Positions 29,774 to 38,128 of a stretch of DNA of 64,000 bases are shown here, piece by piece. The notes below the pieces were generated by a model, which saw only the letters and a list, made by a program, of their open reading frames with translations, was not told the origin of the DNA and ran no database searches. The stretch spans positions 1,811,864-1,875,863 of the forward strand of contig CAVYSW010000003.1 in NCBI GenBank assembly GCA_963771275.1. The letters run 5' to 3'. The stretch's first letter is position 1, and each line of letters begins with the position of its first letter. This DNA is from an uncultured Gemmatimonadales bacterium (GTDB lineage: Bacteria; Gemmatimonadota; Gemmatimonadetes; Gemmatimonadales; GWC2-71-9). The position numbers and the translations under genes were made by a program.

Positions 29774-30157
29774 TTAACCCTTCAGGGCGAGCGGCCGGGC
29801 GCCGAGGGCCCTTCCGCATAGTGGGCGCCCGTTCCGCCGCCGCCGCGTGCGGTGCGCCGGAGCGGTGCCAATGGCCATCCCCCACTCGACATTGAAGTAG
29901 TTCGTGCGATTCACTCCGTTGACCGTGAACTGAAAGGAGCTGGGGTCGGACCCACCATACCCGATGCATTGCGGGTCCGTCTCGATGTCCCCGTACACGA
30001 CGGTGATGTCGGCTGTGGTGCCGTAGTAGTAAGGGCTCGGTGGATGCTCGGTGATGGCGATGTAGGTCTCGCAGAACTGGAGCTGGGCGTGCGTCGTGGC
30101 CGGGAGCAGGCCGAGCACCACCAGGAGCGCCAGACTCGGACGGATGAGGCAACGCAT
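29774..30157 (-). pseudogene. Secreted protein N-terminal fragment, probably truncated
   Basis: Signal peptide (THA-Q) and beta-rich Tyr/Thr region that degrades abruptly into low-complexity sequence. Confidence 0.4.
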
Positions 30158-30476
30158 GGACCGCCTCGCGGATGCGGGTTGCCTCCGGTAAGGAGCATAT
30201 TTCCTGCCCGCCCGGGCTCGCGGGCTAACCGACAGCAAGCCAAGCGGTTCGCGCCGATCGGGCGTGCGGAACGGTGTTCGCCGCGAACACTTCACGAACA
30301 CCCGAGTGTTCGCCGCCGAACACTCAGCCTGGGAGCGAGGCGAGTCCCCTGACCGTCAACCCAAGGCAGGGTCAGCGGCCAGTTTCGAGGGATCGAATGA
30401 GGATAGGATGCGACGCTCTTCCGGCCCTGCCGAGCACCGCTCATCGTGGGGACCGCTCTCGGAGAGCCGGGAGGGG

Positions 30477-31559
30477 CTACGCCCGCCACTCCCCGAGCGG
30501 CACCGTGCGGCGCATCGCCGCCGGATGACGCCGGAACCAGCCCAGCAGCAGCACGGTCTCGTCGATCGCCTCGACCGGGAGCGGCCCGTCGGCGATCTCC
30601 GGCCCGGCGTGCTCGGCGACGAGCGCGCGGAACGCCTCCCGCTCGATGGGCGTGCGCGGGGCCGGCGCGGAGGCGCGCACCGTGGCTCGCTTGATCACGT
30701 AGGCGCGGTCGTCGCCGAACGCCCCGGGGTCGACGTACACGAAGCTCAGCGCGTCGATCGCGGCGCGGATCCGGTTGCCCGCCGCGAACAGCCACTCGAG
30801 CGCTTCGTAGCGGTCGCGCCAGCGGGCTGCCACCTCGAACGCGGACTGCTCGCTGAACCGGGTCATCGCGTCGATGACCCGGTCGATCGGCGCGAGCCCG
30901 CGTCCCTCGAGAAACGCCAGGCCGACCTCGAGCCGCGCCCGATAGTCCTGCGCGGTGACGAAGCCGCCGCAGGGTCCGGCGCACGTGCCGAGCTCGTGGC
31001 GGATGCAGGCCGCGCGCCGCCCGGCGCCGAATAGGTCGCCCTGCTCGGCGTAGACGATCGGCATGCTCAACGCGCAGTCGCGCAGCCCGAGCTCGAGATT
31101 GAGGATCCGCACGGCCTCGCGCAGCCGCTCGCCGCCCCGGTACGGGCCATAGTGCCGCACGTCGCCCTCTGAGCGCCCGGTGCCGACGTAGAGCTTCGGC
31201 GCGAGCCCCGCCGAGACCTTCACGAACGCGACACGTCCCGGGCGGTTCATCGTGACGTTGAACGCCGGCCGGTAGCGCTGAATGTGGCGCAGCTCGGTGA
31301 GGTAGGCGGAGAACTCCGACGGCGTGTAGTCCCAGAAGATCTGCTGCGTCGCGCTCAAGATGCGGGCCGCCTTGTCCTCGGGGTACTGCGCCCGGAAGTA
31401 CGAGAGCAGCCGCGTGCGGACCCGCTTCGCCTTCCCCACGTAGATCACCTGGCCGGCCCAGTCGAGCATGCGATAGACACCCGGCCGGTTCTCCGCCAGG
31501 GCCGCGACCTGGCGGCGCAACCGGTCGGTGGCCGCGAACGGCAGGGCGAGCCCGCTCAT
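30477..31559 (-). CDS. GIY-YIG excinuclease, UvrC N-terminal/Cho-like
   Basis: PGVY.M.....VIYVGKAK.V..RL.SYF, LRDC..C..C.GPC, FE.AA.WRD; lacks the UvrC C-terminal nuclease and HhH. Confidence 0.85.
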   Translation of the reverse strand: MSGLALPFAATDRLRRQVAALAENRPGVYRMLDWAGQVIYVGKAKRVRTRLLSYFRAQYPEDKAARILSATQQIFWDYTPSEFSAYLTELRHIQRYRPAFNVTMNRPGRVAFVKVSAGLAPKLYVGTGRSEGDVRHYGPYRGGERLREAVRILNLELGLRDCALSMPIVYAEQGDLFGAGRRAACIRHELGTCAGPCGGFVTAQDYRARLEVGLAFLEGRGLAPIDRVIDAMTRFSEQSAFEVAARWRDRYEALEWLFAAGNRIRAAIDALSFVYVDPGAFGDDRAYVIKRATVRASAPAPRTPIEREAFRALVAEHAGPEIADGPLPVEAIDETVLLLGWFRRHPAAMRRTVPLGEWRA

Positions 31560-32629
31560 CGCCCTCCGCTCCGCAAGCCGCGCAGGAAGCGGTGCAGCTC
31601 GAGGAACTTCTCGAACACGACGACTTCCTTCCGCTTCTGGCCCATCTCCGCCAGCAGCTCGCGCATCCGGCCCCGGCGCGTCACGTAGAACCGGAACGTC
31701 TCCGCGAAGTCCTCCTGGGGATGGTTCGCCGCGTAGGCGGTGACGTGCTCGGCGTGCGTCAGCGTCACGCGCCGACGCTGGAAGTCGACCCACGAGTCGT
31801 CGCGCACCCGGTACGCCTTGTCCACCTCGCCGAACGCTTCGATGAAGTGCGGCGTGCGGGTCCAGCGCCAATGGTGGTAGAGCAAGCTGTGGCCCAGCTC
31901 GTGACAGATCAGGCCGACCAGCACCGACCACGAGATCTCGTCGCGCTTGCGCCGCCCCACCACGTGGCTCTGATCGATCTCGACGATCTTGGGGTAGCGC
32001 GGATCCACCCCCGAAAGGCCCGGGCGCAGCAGGACGCGAAAGCCCCAGGGTTTGATCCGCGAGACCAGCAACAGGCGGCGCACGCGCCTGAGGGCGCGCG
32101 GGATCAGGTTCTGGCCGGTGGCGTCCTGCCCGCACCACGGGCACGCGTCCATCCAGTCGTCCACGCCGCGGCCGCAGTGGGGGCAGCTCCCCTCGTAGGT
32201 CTCGTCCCGCCACTCCTGCTCGGCGCCGCACCACGGGCAGAACGCCATCGGGTACTGCACGCCGCCGCCGCAGCCGGCGTCGCACTTGGCGCTGAACCGG
32301 AACCCGGCGGGCGCCTTGAGCGGCTCGTCGCTCGAGACGCCCTCCTCGTAGATCTCCGAGCCGCACCACGGGCAATACGACGAGTAGTCGGACACCATCC
32401 AGCCGCAGTAGTAGCACTCGGCGCCGGTCTCGTGGTGGACGTCGCGCCAGACCTGGTCGCGGCCGCAGCGGGGGCAGAAGGCCCAGAAGGGCCGCAGCTC
32501 TGCCCCGCACTGGCAGCGGGGCTCGGGTCGCGGCGCGGGCTGGCGTCGGCGCCTAGGCGTCGGCGGTGCCCCGCCCGGGTGTCGCGGGGCCTCCCTGGCA
32601 ACGCCAGCAGAACGTGGTCTGGCGGCCAT
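31556..32629 (-). CDS. Zinc-ribbon repeat protein fused to a putative zinc metallopeptidase (start uncertain)
   Basis: Four Cys-pair ribbons ending CPxCG; HELGH; AYA..HP.EDFAETF. Confidence 0.8.
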   Translation of the reverse strand: MAARPRSAGVAREAPRHPGGAPPTPRRRRQPAPRPEPRCQCGAELRPFWAFCPRCGRDQVWRDVHHETGAECYYCGWMVSDYSSYCPWCGSEIYEEGVSSDEPLKAPAGFRFSAKCDAGCGGGVQYPMAFCPWCGAEQEWRDETYEGSCPHCGRGVDDWMDACPWCGQDATGQNLIPRALRRVRRLLLVSRIKPWGFRVLLRPGLSGVDPRYPKIVEIDQSHVVGRRKRDEISWSVLVGLICHELGHSLLYHHWRWTRTPHFIEAFGEVDKAYRVRDDSWVDFQRRRVTLTHAEHVTAYAANHPQEDFAETFRFYVTRRGRMRELLAEMGQKRKEVVVFEKFLELHRFLRGLRSGGR

Positions 32630-33422
32630 CGATGGCGTGGGTGGTGGCGAGCGGCGTGCCGCAGCGCACGCACGGCTCACCCGCCCGATCGTACACGTGC
32701 AGGGCAGCCTGGTAGCCCCCCGGCTGGCCGGTGCCGGTCCGGTAGTCCCGCACGGTGGTGCCCCGAGCCTCGATCGCGCCGTGGAGCACCGTCCGCACCG
32801 CGTCGAACAGCCGGGCGGTCGCATCGGCGTCGAGCCGGTCGGCCGGCCGCGACGGGTCGACCCCCGCCAGGAACAGGGCTTCGTTGGCGTAGATGTTCCC
32901 CACGCCGGCCAGTCTCCGCTGGTCCATGAGCACCTTCTTGATCGCCTGGGTCGTGCCCCCGAGCGCCGTCCGGAACCGGGCGAGATCGAAGTCGGCGTCG
33001 AGTGGCTCCCCTCCGATGCGATCAGTATAGGCGCGCCAGGCCCGTTCATCCAAGAGGTGGATCGTGCCGAGCCGCCGCACGTCACGGAACACCAGGCGTT
33101 CGCCGCCCCCGCCCGCCAGGCCAACCTCGAGGACCGCGTAGCGGCGCTCCGCCGCGCGGAGCGGCCGGCGGTGCACCAGCAGGGAGCCGGTCATGCGCAG
33201 CTGGATCACCATGCGGTGCCCCGACGCCAGCAGGAACACCACGTGCTTGGCCCGGCGGGTGAGCCGCTCCACGCGATTGCCGTCCAGCGTCAGCAGCAGG
33301 CGGCGTCGGGAGACACCGCGCAGGACGTCGCTCTTGTGGAGCTGGGGTTGACGGAGGGTGCGGCCGGCGAGGAGGGGCGCGAGGTCGCGGACGATTGTCT
33401 CGACCTCAGGCAGCTCCGGCAC
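32553..33422 (-). CDS. mutM: Formamidopyrimidine-DNA glycosylase
   Basis: N-terminal PELPEVE, LRMTG, D.RR.G, GVGNIYA.E.LF, C-terminal zinc finger. Confidence 0.96.
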   Translation of the reverse strand: MPELPEVETIVRDLAPLLAGRTLRQPQLHKSDVLRGVSRRRLLLTLDGNRVERLTRRAKHVVFLLASGHRMVIQLRMTGSLLVHRRPLRAAERRYAVLEVGLAGGGGERLVFRDVRRLGTIHLLDERAWRAYTDRIGGEPLDADFDLARFRTALGGTTQAIKKVLMDQRRLAGVGNIYANEALFLAGVDPSRPADRLDADATARLFDAVRTVLHGAIEARGTTVRDYRTGTGQPGGYQAALHVYDRAGEPCVRCGTPLATTHAIDGRQTTFCWRCQGGPATPGRGTADA

Positions 33423-34683
33423 GCGCGACCTCCCGCCACGCAATGTCGCGCCGCAGGACCTTCCCCTGGAACGTCACCTGATCCGCCAGGCGGCGGCTGG
33501 CACGGGCGGCCGCGGCCACGTCGGGCCCGAACCCGGTGGCGCACAGCACACGGCCGCCCGAAACCCGGAGGGTTCCATCGGCATCGCGCGCGGTGCCGGC
33601 ATGGAACAGGACGGACTCGGCGGCGTCGCCGGAGGGCAGACTGATCGCCGCGCCCTTCTCGGGGGCCTCGGGGTAGCCCGGGGCCGCCAGCACCGTGGTG
33701 ACCGCCGCCTGGCGGGCCCCGATCCGACTCACGGGCGGTTGCCAACGCTCGTGGGCGCCGATGGCCGCGAGGTGGGCCAGCAGATCGCCGTCCGCCACCG
33801 GGAGCACCACCTGCGCTTCCGGATCGCCGAACCGGCAGTTGAACTCGACGACGGCCGGGCTGCCGTCGGGCTGGATCATGATGCCGGCGTACAGCACACC
33901 TCGGTAGGGGGCCCCCACCTCGGCCATCGCCCGCAGCGTGGGCAGGATCACCTCGCGTTCGGCGCGGTCGAGCAGGGCCGGGGTGGCGATCGACACGGGC
34001 GTGTAGGCTCCCATGCCCCCCGTGTTCGGGCCGGTGTCCCCCTCGCCCAGCCGCTTGTGGTCCTGCGCCGAGGGCAGCAGCACCGCCCGCTCGCCGTCGG
34101 TGAGCGCGAAGACCGACAGCTCCTCCCCTTCGAGAAACGACTCGACCACGACCTCCTCTCCGGCCGCGCCGAATCGGCCGCCGAACATCGCCCGGGCGGC
34201 GTCCGCGGCCTCGCGCCGGGTGGCGCACACGACGGCGCCCTTTCCGGCGGCGAGCCCCGACGCCTTCACGACCAGCGGCTCGGCATGGGTGTCGATGTAC
34301 CGCAGGGCATTTGCCGGGTTGGTGAACGACCGCGCGGTGGCGGTGGGGATGCCGGCGCCCTGCATCAGCGCCTTGGCGAACGCCTTGGACGCCTCGATCC
34401 GCGCCGCCGCCGCCAACGGGCCGAACACCGGGTGGCCCGCCGCCGCGAGCCGGTCCGCCAGCCCCGCGGCGAGCGGCGCCTCGGGCCCCACCACCGTCAG
34501 GTCGATGTGATGCGTGCGGACGGCCTCGAGCAGCGCCGCCTGGTCGTCGGGAGAGACCGGCAGGTTGGTCGCGGTGGCGGCGGTGCCCGGGTTCCCGGGG
34601 GCGCAGAACACCTGCGCCGACCGTGCGAGGACCCAGCAGAGCGCGTGCTCCCGGCCCCCGCCGCCGACCACCAGGACCCTCAC
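33406..34683 (-). CDS. purD: Phosphoribosylamine-glycine ligase
   Basis: GGGGREHAL, VVGPE.PL, GLAAGKG, QDHKR..EGD.GPNTGGMG, EFNCRFGDPE. Confidence 0.96.
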   Translation of the reverse strand: MRVLVVGGGGREHALCWVLARSAQVFCAPGNPGTAATATNLPVSPDDQAALLEAVRTHHIDLTVVGPEAPLAAGLADRLAAAGHPVFGPLAAAARIEASKAFAKALMQGAGIPTATARSFTNPANALRYIDTHAEPLVVKASGLAAGKGAVVCATRREAADAARAMFGGRFGAAGEEVVVESFLEGEELSVFALTDGERAVLLPSAQDHKRLGEGDTGPNTGGMGAYTPVSIATPALLDRAEREVILPTLRAMAEVGAPYRGVLYAGIMIQPDGSPAVVEFNCRFGDPEAQVVLPVADGDLLAHLAAIGAHERWQPPVSRIGARQAAVTTVLAAPGYPEAPEKGAAISLPSGDAAESVLFHAGTARDADGTLRVSGGRVLCATGFGPDVAAAARASRRLADQVTFQGKVLRRDIAWREVARAGAA

Positions 34684-35663
34684 TTCGGCTTGTTCTCCTT
34701 GAAGGCGGCGGCAAACGCGCTGGCCGCGCGCTTGGCGGCCTCCGCCACCTCGACCGCTACGTCGCGCGCCTCCTTCACATAGTGGCTGGCCGCGTCGCCC
34801 AGGTCGTCCGTGTAGGGCCGTTGCTGCTGCTCGGCGCCGCGGTGCGCGTAGTCACCGGCCAGCACTTTCGCGTAGGTACCGCCCTCGACCCAGCGCTTGA
34901 GCTCGGCCGCGCGCAGCGTGTTGAACGGGTGGGTCATGGAGAGCGTGTTGAGGATCTTGTAGATCGCGTCCAGCGGCCCGCCGCTCGCCTCGTATTCCTT
35001 GGCCTGCTCGAGGAACGCGGCGAGGTCCATGTCCTTCATCGAGCCGCCGCCCGCGAACTTGAGGAACAGCCGCGTGGATGCCACCTCGTCCTGGCTGGCC
35101 AGCAGGCCGGCGCGGTCGGCGGACAGCTCGCTCTTCCGGTACCACTCGAGCAGAGCGAGCTTGATCGGCAGCAGCGCGATGCCCGCGAGGAACGGCAGGT
35201 TCTGGAATCCCAGCTCCAGCAGCAGCACGGTGATGGTGCGGTACAGCGCGTGTCCGCTCATCACGTGACCCAGCTCGTGCCCGATCAGCACCCGCAGCTC
35301 GTCCTCGTCGAGCAGGGCGACGGCCCCCGAATTGAGCACGATGAACGGATGCTCGAAGCCCACGGCCCCGGCGTTCACCATGGGGGTCTGCGTGACGTAC
35401 AGCTCGGGCTGATCCGACCAGTCCATCGTGGTGCAGACCTCGCCGAGCAGCGTGTGCAACCGGGAGAACTGTTGCGGACCGCAACGCACGGCGTTCGCCT
35501 GGAACAGCAATCGGATGCCGCGCTCCCCGAAGAACCCGAAGATGCGCTTCACCGCCTCGTCGAAGCCGGGCACCTTGCGCAGGGCGTTCAAGGCCGCGCG
35601 GTCGGCCGGGTGTTCCCAGGCGTCCGGGGCGATCTGGGTGAGGACCACGCGTGACTCGCTCAT
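34680..35663 (-). CDS. M48 family metallopeptidase
   Basis: EHPAD, NA.A.G, GHELGH, ELSADRAG, THP...R. Confidence 0.88.
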   Translation of the reverse strand: MSESRVVLTQIAPDAWEHPADRAALNALRKVPGFDEAVKRIFGFFGERGIRLLFQANAVRCGPQQFSRLHTLLGEVCTTMDWSDQPELYVTQTPMVNAGAVGFEHPFIVLNSGAVALLDEDELRVLIGHELGHVMSGHALYRTITVLLLELGFQNLPFLAGIALLPIKLALLEWYRKSELSADRAGLLASQDEVASTRLFLKFAGGGSMKDMDLAAFLEQAKEYEASGGPLDAIYKILNTLSMTHPFNTLRAAELKRWVEGGTYAKVLAGDYAHRGAEQQQRPYTDDLGDAASHYVKEARDVAVEVAEAAKRAASAFAAAFKENKPK

Positions 35664-35716
35664 ACCTGCCTCCACATACCGTAGACGATCGACGCCAGGA
35701 GACTCTTACCCGACCG

Positions 35717-35742
35717 TACGGCCGGCCGCGATCCGGGTTTCA
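35717..35742 (-). promoter_or_regulatory. Second ECF (SigW-type) promoter TGAAAC-N16-CGTA
   Basis: Same boxes and spacing as the promoter at 23454-23480; lies upstream of the M48 peptidase. Confidence 0.65.
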
Positions 35743-36924
35743 CCGCCGCGCGCCGTCCGTGCGGGCGAGCGCCCGGTCGAGGTCCGCGAGCAGGTCGTCG
35801 GTGTCCTCGACGCCCACGGAAAGCCGCACGAGTCCGTCCGTGAGGCCCATGGCGTCGCGCATCTCGCGCGGGACGCTCGCGTGCGTCATCGACGCCGGAT
35901 GGCCGATCAGGCTCTCCACGCCACCCAGCGACTCCGCCAGGGAGAACAGCGTGACCGATTCGACGAAGCGCCGTGCCCGGTCGAGCGAGCCCAGCTCCAG
36001 GGAGATCATGCCGCCGAACCCGCGCATCTGGCGGCACGCCAGCGCGTACTGCTCGTGGGTCGGCAGCCCGGGGTAGTACACCTTCCGCACCACCGGGTGC
36101 TCGGCCAGGACTGCGGCGATCTTCCGGCCCGACGCGTCGTGCTGCCGCATGCGCAGCGCCAGGGTCTTGGTGCCGCGCAGCGTGAGCCAGCAGTCCATCG
36201 GGCCCGGGACGGCGCCGGCCGCGTTCTGCAGGAATCCCAGCTGCTCGGCCAGATCGTCGCGCGACGTGACCACGACTCCGCCGACCATGTCGCTGTGGCC
36301 GTTGAGGTACTTGGTCGTGGAGTGCACCACGAGATCGGCGCCGAACTCGATGGGGTTCTGGAAGTAGGGCGTCGCGAACGTGTTGTCGACCGCGAGCAGC
36401 AGCCCCCGCGCGCGGGTCCACGCGCCGACCGCGGCCAGATCCGTCAGCCGCATCATCGGGTTGGTCGGTGTCTCGATGAAGATGAGGCGGGTGCGGTCGG
36501 TGGCGGCGGCCTCGATCGCCGCGACGTCGCGCGTGTCCACGAATGTGAAGGTCAGGCCGAGGCGGGTGAACACCCGCTGCATCAGGCGGTGCGTGCCGCC
36601 ATAGACGTTCTCGCCGCAGATCACGTGATCGCCGGCCGAGAGCAGCTTGAGGACGGCGTCCGTCGCCGCCAGGCCCGAGGCCCACGCGAAGCCGTAGCGG
36701 GCGCCTTCCAGCGCGGCCAGGTTCCGCTCCAGGGCGTCCCGCGTGGGGTTGCGCGTGCGGGCGTACTCGAAGCCCTTGTGGCGCCCGAGACCGTCCTGCA
36801 CGTAGGTCGAGGTCTGGTAGATCGGCGTCATGATGGCGCCGGTCGTGGGATCGGGGGCCTGACCGGCGTGGATCGCTCGGGTGGCGAAGCCGTGCCGGAG
36901 ATCGTCGTCGGAGGCGCGGGCCAT
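35740..36924 (-). CDS. Cystathionine gamma-synthase/lyase (Cys/Met PLP enzyme)
   Basis: PIYQTST, Y.R..NPT, ETPTNP, DNTF, HSTTKYLNGHSD, AESLGG.ESL. Confidence 0.93.
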   Translation of the reverse strand: MARASDDDLRHGFATRAIHAGQAPDPTTGAIMTPIYQTSTYVQDGLGRHKGFEYARTRNPTRDALERNLAALEGARYGFAWASGLAATDAVLKLLSAGDHVICGENVYGGTHRLMQRVFTRLGLTFTFVDTRDVAAIEAAATDRTRLIFIETPTNPMMRLTDLAAVGAWTRARGLLLAVDNTFATPYFQNPIEFGADLVVHSTTKYLNGHSDMVGGVVVTSRDDLAEQLGFLQNAAGAVPGPMDCWLTLRGTKTLALRMRQHDASGRKIAAVLAEHPVVRKVYYPGLPTHEQYALACRQMRGFGGMISLELGSLDRARRFVESVTLFSLAESLGGVESLIGHPASMTHASVPREMRDAMGLTDGLVRLSVGVEDTDDLLADLDRALARTDGARR

Positions 36925-37024
36925 AGGGCTCGTGGGGTCGGGGCTCCGGGAACCTAGCTCCGCGGCGTCGCGAGCGGCAAGCGATCGCCTTGAAGCCGGT
37001 CAGGCGGACGGCTACGTTCCCGCG

Positions 37025-38128
37025 ATGCCTGTGGACGCCCGGGTGCGCTGTCTGGTGGTCGAGGACAGCGAGTCGCTGCGCACCGCCGTGGTGCGGGGCC
37101 TCACGCTGATGGGCTGCGAGTGCCGGCAGGCGGCGTCCGGGCGCGCGGCGCTCGCGTCGCTCGCGCGCGACCCCGACATCGACGTCCTGATCTCGGACAT
37201 CCGGATGCCGGAGCTCGACGGCGTCGAGCTGCTGGCGGCGGTGCGCGAGCGCTACCCCGACACGGCCGTCGTGATGCTGACCGGCGTGGCCGACGTCGAC
37301 ACGGCGGTCGAGTGCCTCCAGGCGGGCGCCTACGACTACATCGTCAAGCCGTTCCAGCTCGCGCAGCTCCACATGCGCATCCAGCACGCCCTCGAGAAGC
37401 GTCGCCTGACGCTGGAGAACCGGCGCTACCAGGCGCACCTGGCCGAGCTGGTGCAGCAGCAGGGCGCCCGCATCGAAGAGCTGTTTCTCGAAGGCATCCA
37501 GTCGATCGTCCACGCGCTCGAGGCGAAGGACGGCTACACCCAGGGCCACTCGGCGCGGGTGGCGGAGTACGCGGTGGCGACCGCCCGCCAGCTCGGGCTC
37601 GAGGCGGAGCTGATTCAGCTCATCGAGCTCGGCGCCGAGCTGCACGACGTCGGCAAGATCGGCGTCGACGACGCGATCCTCCATCGGGCCGGACCCCTCA
37701 CCCCCGACGAGTACGAGCACGTGCAGCAGCACACCGTGATCGGCGCCCGGATCCTGCAGCCGCTGCTCAAGCACGCGAAGCCGGCACTCGATATCGTGCG
37801 GTCGCATCACGAGCGCATCGACGGCGGCGGATTGCCCGACGGGCTGCGCGGCGAGGCCATTCCGTTTCACGCGCGGCTCGTCGCCGTGGTCGACGCGTTC
37901 GACGCGATGACCACCGCCCGATCGTACCGGGCCGGCATGACGCCGGGGGAAGCGATGAGGGAGCTGCGGGCGAACGCCGGCCGGCAGTTCGACGCCCGCG
38001 CGATCGACGCGTTCGCGGCGGCCTACCCCGGCCTGGCCGGGCTGCCCATCGCGACGCCGCCGCCCCACCCGCGCGCGTTCTCGCGCCGCGTTTCGGGGGC
38101 CGTGCCGGTGCCCGGCGAGCCGCGATGA
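37025..38128 (+). CDS. REC-HD-GYP cyclic di-GMP phosphodiesterase (RpfG-like)
   Basis: SDIRMPELDG receiver; YT.GHS.RV, LHDVGK, HHERIDG.GLP. Confidence 0.9.
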   Translation: MPVDARVRCLVVEDSESLRTAVVRGLTLMGCECRQAASGRAALASLARDPDIDVLISDIRMPELDGVELLAAVRERYPDTAVVMLTGVADVDTAVECLQAGAYDYIVKPFQLAQLHMRIQHALEKRRLTLENRRYQAHLAELVQQQGARIEELFLEGIQSIVHALEAKDGYTQGHSARVAEYAVATARQLGLEAELIQLIELGAELHDVGKIGVDDAILHRAGPLTPDEYEHVQQHTVIGARILQPLLKHAKPALDIVRSHHERIDGGGLPDGLRGEAIPFHARLVAVVDAFDAMTTARSYRAGMTPGEAMRELRANAGRQFDARAIDAFAAAYPGLAGLPIATPPPHPRAFSRRVSGAVPVPGEPR

